DNA of 25,966 nucleotides from an uncultured Aquificales bacterium (GTDB lineage: Bacteria > Thermosulfidibacterota > Thermosulfidibacteria > Thermosulfidibacterales > Thermosulfidibacteraceae), in NCBI GenBank assembly GCA_964411615.1, contig CAYPLO010000021.1, positions 1-25,966 of the forward strand, read 5' to 3'. Of the stretch, positions 21,603 to 25,966 are shown piece by piece (the stretch's first letter is position 1; each line of letters begins with the position of its first letter). Both the position numbers and the translations under genes were made by a program. The notes beneath the pieces were generated by a model. It saw only the letters and a program-made list of their open reading frames with translations. It had not been told where the DNA came from and ran no database searches.

Positions 21603-22529
21603 ATGAAGAAGTGCTACGATATCGTCATAGTGGGTGCCGGTCCTGCTGGACTCACAGCGGCCATATACGCTGCCAGGGCCAAGCTTGAGGCTGTGGTCAT
21701 AGAGAGGTTCTCCCCGGGGGGACAGATAGCCCTGAGCGATTTCGTTGAGAACTATCCCGGTTTTGATGAGGGCATCCCCGGGATGGAGCTGACGGAGAGG
21801 ATGAGAAGGCAGGCGGAGAGGTTCGGTGCCTCCTTCATCACTGCTGAGGCCAAAGGGCTTGAGGAGTACAGGGACAAGAAGGTGGTCTATGCCGATTCCG
21901 ACTGGTACGAGGCGAGGACAGTCATAGTGGCCACGGGGACGTCACCCAAACAGCTGGGTGTTGAGGGCGAGAAGGAGTTTGTTGGCAAAGGGGTTTCCTA
22001 CTGTGCCACCTGTGATGGCCCTTTCTACAAGGGGCTTGAGGTTGCTGTGGTGGGAGGTGGAGATACGGCTGTTCAGGAGGCCATCTTTCTCACAAACTTC
22101 GCCTCCAAGGTGTACCTCATCCACAGAAGGGACAGGCTCAGAGCCGCCCCCATACTCCAGGAGAGGTTGTTTAAGAACGAGAAGATAGAGGTTCTGTGGG
22201 ACACGGTGGTTGAGAGGATAGAGGGGGGGCACTCCGTTGAGAGGCTACTTCTGAAGAACGTGAAGACCAACCAGCTGAAGGAGCTCCCGGTGGCCGGCGT
22301 CTTTATCTTCGTGGGAATCAAGCCCAATACCGCCTTTGTGGAGGATGTTCTTGAGCTTGACGCCAACGGTTTTGTGATAACCAACGAGAACCTTGAGACC
22401 AATATCCCCGGTGTCTATGCTGCTGGGGATGTGAGGAGGAAGAGCCTCAGGCAGGTCGTGACCGCCTGTGCCGATGGGGCCGTGGCTGTCTATCAGGCAC
22501 AGCAGTTCATAGAGAGGCTGTGCGGCTGA
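21603..22529 (+). CDS. trxB: Thioredoxin-disulfide reductase
   Basis: [57 protein letters not shown] 21603 or GTG 21597. Confidence 0.95.
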   Translation: MKKCYDIVIVGAGPAGLTAAIYAARAKLEAVVIERFSPGGQIALSDFVENYPGFDEGIPGMELTERMRRQAERFGASFITAEAKGLEEYRDKKVVYADSDWYEARTVIVATGTSPKQLGVEGEKEFVGKGVSYCATCDGPFYKGLEVAVVGGGDTAVQEAIFLTNFASKVYLIHRRDRLRAAPILQERLFKNEKIEVLWDTVVERIEGGHSVERLLLKNVKTNQLKELPVAGVFIFVGIKPNTAFVEDVLELDANGFVITNENLETNIPGVYAAGDVRRKSLRQVVTACADGAVAVYQAQQFIERLCG

Positions 22530-22799
22530 ATGAGGCTGGACAAGTTCCTTAAGGTCTCCCGCATCATAAAGAGAAGGGGGCTCGCCAAGGAGGCCTGCGA
22601 CGCCGGTATAGTGAAGGTCAACGGCGTTGCAGCCAAGCCTTCAAGGCAGGTGAAGCCCGGGGATGTGGTGGAGATAGACGCCGCCAGGTTCTACATAAGA
22701 TTCGTGGTTAAGGAGGTTCCCAAAGGTCCTGTGCCCAAGTCTGAGGTGGGAAGGCTGTACGAGGTGCTGGAGGAGAGGAGAAAGTCGTGGGACCTGTAG
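22530..22799 (+). CDS. rqcP: S4-domain RNA-binding protein, YabO/RqcP (Hsp15-related) family
   Basis: [22 protein letters not shown]...VNG..AK.S..VKPGD closely follows Bacillus YabO/RqcP as I recall it; 89 aa, without the long Hsp15 C-terminal tail. Confidence 0.8.
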   Translation: MRLDKFLKVSRIIKRRGLAKEACDAGIVKVNGVAAKPSRQVKPGDVVEIDAARFYIRFVVKEVPKGPVPKSEVGRLYEVLEERRKSWDL

Positions 22800-23773
22800 C
22801 CATCACCATGGGTGACCCCGCTGGCATAGGTCCTGAGATAGTACTCAAGGCCTGGGCCTCAGGGGCCTTCACCCATCCCGTTGTGGTTGTGGGGGATGCC
22901 GGGGTCTTGCGCTACTACGCTGGGCTTTTGGGTATTGATGTCAGGATAGAGGAGGTTTTCCCTCCCTTTGACCACATGGGAGATGGACTTAATGTGTTTC
23001 CTCTGACATCCCTCCTTCCCGGTTCCGACTTTGAGCCAGGAAGAACATCCAGCTTCTGCGGGGAGGCCGTGGTCAAATATATAAAGGAGGCCGCCCGCCT
23101 GTGTATGGAAGGCACCTGTTCAGCCATGGTGACTGCTCCCATAAGCAAAAGGGCCATGCACCTTGCAGGCTACAGCTACCCCGGGCATACGGAGCTTCTG
23201 GCGGAGCTTACGGGAACAGACGACTACGCCATGATGCTCACAGGGGGAGGAGTCAGAGTATCCCTGGTCACCATCCATGTTGCCCTCAAGGATGTCCCCT
23301 CCCTCGTATCTGAAGATGAGGTGTATAGGGTTGCGAAGCTTACAGCCCGCGAGCTTACGAGGCTTTGGGGCATTGATGGTCCCTCAGTTGCAGTATGTGG
23401 CCTCAATCCCCATGCAGGGGAGGGCGGTGCCTTCGGAAGAGAGGAAATTGAGGCCATAGCTCCTGCCGTTGAAAGGCTTAAGGCTGAGGGCTATGCCGTT
23501 GAGGGGCCTCTGCCTGCCGATACGGTCTTTTACTGGCATGTGAAGGGGAGGTACCACGCCGTTGTTGCCATGTACCACGACCAGGGTCTCATCCCGGTGA
23601 AGCTTCTGGGGTTTGAGGAGGGGGTAAACATCACCCTGGGGCTTCCCATCATCAGAACATCCCCTGACCACGGTACCGCCTTTGACATAGCGGGTAAAGG
23701 CATCGCATCGGAAGGGAGCCTCGTTTCCGCCTACAGGCTCGCCGTAGAGTTTGCTAAAAGGCTTTGGGCCTGA
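22787..23773 (+). CDS. pdxA: 4-hydroxythreonine-4-phosphate dehydrogenase (PdxA family)
   Basis: [85 protein letters not shown]. Confidence 0.93.
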   Translation: MGPVAITMGDPAGIGPEIVLKAWASGAFTHPVVVVGDAGVLRYYAGLLGIDVRIEEVFPPFDHMGDGLNVFPLTSLLPGSDFEPGRTSSFCGEAVVKYIKEAARLCMEGTCSAMVTAPISKRAMHLAGYSYPGHTELLAELTGTDDYAMMLTGGGVRVSLVTIHVALKDVPSLVSEDEVYRVAKLTARELTRLWGIDGPSVAVCGLNPHAGEGGAFGREEIEAIAPAVERLKAEGYAVEGPLPADTVFYWHVKGRYHAVVAMYHDQGLIPVKLLGFEEGVNITLGLPIIRTSPDHGTAFDIAGKGIASEGSLVSAYRLAVEFAKRLWA

Positions 23774-25223
23774 GGGTTATGGCCCCCCTGGGGCATTCGC
23801 TCTGGCATATACCGCAGCCCTTACAGTGCAGGGTGTCAATATGTGGTTTCCCGTCCTCTCCAGGGGTTATGGCCACATCGGGACAGAAGAGCCAGCAGTT
23901 GCCGCATCCGTTGCAGTGGCCGCAGCTTATACAGCGGGATGCCTCTCTTGCCGCATCAAGTATGTTCTCAAGGGCTGTGAGGCCCTCCTGGGGAGCGATA
24001 TAAAAAGGATTTATGACATCTCGCTCTACCTTATCCGTCGGATACTGCTTCACAAACAGTTCCTTGGCGGTTGCCATGGCCTTTGCCACCGTTGAAGGAC
24101 CTGTTGAGTAGTCACCGATGGCCGTTCCTGTAAATGTTCCCTCACTCTCCTGCCCCACGGCCATAACCACCCCATCAACCACCAGCTCTCCCGCATCCTC
24201 CACCGGTTCAACCACCTTAAACCCGTTCTCCTCGCCCACCACCCTTACCCGCTGAAGCTCAAGCCTCATACCACCTTCCTTCTGCACTATGGCCCTTACC
24301 CCAGTGGAGGGTGTGAGCTTGAGCCCCATCCTCAGCGCCTCATCCAGCTCTTCCCTTATGGCCGGTATCTCCTCCTCGGGCTCCACGCAGACCATCACAA
24401 CTTCCCTGCCCTCCCTCAAGAGGCACAGGGCCGCATCCACCGCCACATTGCCTCCGCCAATCACGGCGAATCTGGCCCCATGGGGAAGCCTCCTTCTGGT
24501 GTTGTAGTTCTCAAGGAGTTCCATACCCGTTACGGCAAGTTCCGCCCCCGGTATGGGGAGCCTCTTCGGCCTTCCCAGCCCGCAGGCTATTATCACCTTA
24601 TCGTATCTCTGTGATAGCTCTTCCGCTTCCTCAGGAGTTATCTCAACTCCGGTCTCTAATCTTACGCCCAGTTTTTTTAGCCTTTCAAAGGCGACATCCA
24701 CCAGATGTTTTGGGAGTCTGAAGTCCGGTATCCCGTATCTCAGGAGTCCCCCGGGCTCCTCTCTCTTCTCAAACACCCTAACCTCTGCCCCATTGAGAGC
24801 CGCAAACCAGGCTGCTGCCATGCCAGAGGGGCCTGAGCCCACCACGGCCATCCTGCATTCCTCCAGCTCCCGTCCCCTTTGGGGCATCAGTCCCTCCTCA
24901 AGAATCACATCCCCCAGGAACCTCTCAAGCTCCCTTATGTTGACGCATCCATCTATAAGGTTTCTGCTGCACTCACTCATGCAGAAGTGGGGACACACCC
25001 TTCCCGTTATGAAGGGGAATGGGTTGGCCTCCAGAAGCCTCAAACACGCCTCTTTCAGCTCTCCCCTGAGCAGCGGCTCGACAATCTCCGGCACAGGCAC
25101 GTTTAGCGGGCAGGCCACCGTGCAGGGGGCTGCTGCTTTTCTTACAACGGGCTCCACAACGCTCCAGCTACCCGTATCTGTTCCCCTTGTGCTCTTGTGG
25201 CTTATGAGTAGCTCTACCCTCAT
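23754..25223 (-). CDS. Fe-S flavoprotein: GltD/NfnB/DsrL-like FAD-NAD(P) oxidoreductase with a C-terminal PorD-like 2x[4Fe-4S] ferredoxin
   Basis: [51 protein letters not shown]...[37 protein letters not shown]. Confidence 0.88.
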   Translation of the reverse strand: MRVELLISHKSTRGTDTGSWSVVEPVVRKAAAPCTVACPLNVPVPEIVEPLLRGELKEACLRLLEANPFPFITGRVCPHFCMSECSRNLIDGCVNIRELERFLGDVILEEGLMPQRGRELEECRMAVVGSGPSGMAAAWFAALNGAEVRVFEKREEPGGLLRYGIPDFRLPKHLVDVAFERLKKLGVRLETGVEITPEEAEELSQRYDKVIIACGLGRPKRLPIPGAELAVTGMELLENYNTRRRLPHGARFAVIGGGNVAVDAALCLLREGREVVMVCVEPEEEIPAIREELDEALRMGLKLTPSTGVRAIVQKEGGMRLELQRVRVVGEENGFKVVEPVEDAGELVVDGVVMAVGQESEGTFTGTAIGDYSTGPSTVAKAMATAKELFVKQYPTDKVERDVINPFYIAPQEGLTALENILDAAREASRCISCGHCNGCGNCWLFCPDVAITPGEDGKPHIDTLHCKGCGICQSECPRGAITLRPKAF

Positions 25224-25966
25224 GCCTCTGCTCTCAGGAAGATTCTGAAAGTTGTTCCCTCACCGGGCCTGCTGCTCACCTTTATGTCCCCTCCGTGCTC
25301 CTTAACGATACCGTACACCTGACTCAGCCCGAGTCCCGTTCCCTTGGGACCTTTGGTTGTGAAGAAGGGGTCAAATATCTTCTCAAGGTTGGCGGGGTCT
25401 ATGCCGCAGCCCGTATCCTCAACCTCTATCACTACGGCATCCACATCACCTGCAGGCTCTCTTTTAAGCCTTACGAACAGCTTGCCTCCATTGGGCATGG
25501 CATCTCTCGCGTTGGTCGCCAGGTTCATGAGGACCTGCTGTATCTTTGATGCGTTGGCCTTCACCTTGTAAGGTCCCTTCCCGTCCTCCTCGTACACAAC
25601 CTCAATATTTTCGGGAAGTATCCTATCAATCAGTTTGCAGAACTCCTTGACCATGGGTCTGAGGTCAATCACCACCATCTCCGATGGGGAGGCCCTGGCA
25701 AAGTCAAGAAGCTGCCTTATAAGTTCAGCCGCCCTCATGCTCTGCTGCTCCACGATGCTCAGATAATCCTCAACCTCTTTGCACAGCCCCTGTTGAACCT
25801 TCAGCTTGGCAAGCTGGGTGTATCCCAGAATAACCCCCAAAGCGTTGTTGAAGTCGTGAGCTATACCTCCTGCAAGTACCCCAAGGCTCTCCATCTTCTG
25901 GGCCATGGCCAGCTGTTCCTGCAACCTTACCTGTTCGGTTATATCGTCTATCTCCACTATACACCC
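25220..25966 (-). CDS. Sensor histidine kinase (5' partial; PAC end, HisKA, HATPase)
   Basis: Frame is open to the window edge. DITE (PAC end), QKMESLG.LAGGIAHDFNN (H-box), QVLMNLATNARDAM (N-box), EDTGCGI, IFDPFFTTK, GTGLGLS; ATGA overlap with the downstream oxidoreductase. Confidence 0.93.
   Translation of the reverse strand, partial: GCIVEIDDITEQVRLQEQLAMAQKMESLGVLAGGIAHDFNNALGVILGYTQLAKLKVQQGLCKEVEDYLSIVEQQSMRAAELIRQLLDFARASPSEMVVIDLRPMVKEFCKLIDRILPENIEVVYEEDGKGPYKVKANASKIQQVLMNLATNARDAMPNGGKLFVRLKREPAGDVDAVVIEVEDTGCGIDPANLEKIFDPFFTTKGPKGTGLGLSQVYGIVKEHGGDIKVSSRPGEGTTFRIFLRAEA

Noticed and set aside
23751..24095. 114-aa + strand ORF after pdxA
   Set aside because: Antisense to the ferredoxin domain of the well-supported oxidoreductase; no motifs.
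23754..25223. Calling the flavoprotein gltD or dsrL
   Set aside because: No gltB or dsr genes in the window; the PorD-like termini and missing YRR motif do not fit canonical GltD.
1..25966. tRNA, rRNA, CRISPR, IS elements, riboswitches and sigma-54 -24/-12 promoters
   Set aside because: No non-coding space to hold them, no repeat arrays or transposases seen, and the TGGCA occurrences I checked by eye lacked a correctly spaced TTGC; the check was not exhaustive.

Overview
Chromosomal housekeeping region of a Gram-negative bacterium (lptB is present). The heavy use of AGG for Arg and ATA for Ile, the E/K/R/V-rich proteins and the very tight gene packing suggest a thermophile. Gene order resembles Desulfobacterota/Nitrospirota and the sigma-54 is short as in Aquifex; this taxonomy is inference only. 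Twenty-nine co-directional + strand genes cover 1-23773 with gaps of about 30 nt or less: lptB(partial)-rpoN-hpf-ptsN-hprK-rapZ-ptsH-ptsI (regulatory PTS), macrodomain-MBL hydrolase-exported hypothetical-mtnP, DUF2520 reductase-tsaB-rimI-DUF465, ilvD-ilvB-ilvN-ilvC-psd-pssA-ychF, spt-like + bacterial ceramide-synthase-like GNAT, TlpA-trxB-rqcP-pdxA. They converge on a - strand pair: a partial sensor kinase coupled to an Fe-S flavoprotein. Highlights: (1) an overlapping serine palmitoyltransferase-like / bCerS-like gene pair, suggesting sphingolipid (ceramide) synthesis in a probable thermophile, close to psd-pssA; (2) a GltD-like flavoprotein apparently inserted inside a PorD-like delta subunit; (3) an unannotated exported protein made of two internal repeats. 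No RNA genes, CRISPR arrays or mobile elements were recognised. All family calls come from motif recognition by eye, not database searches.
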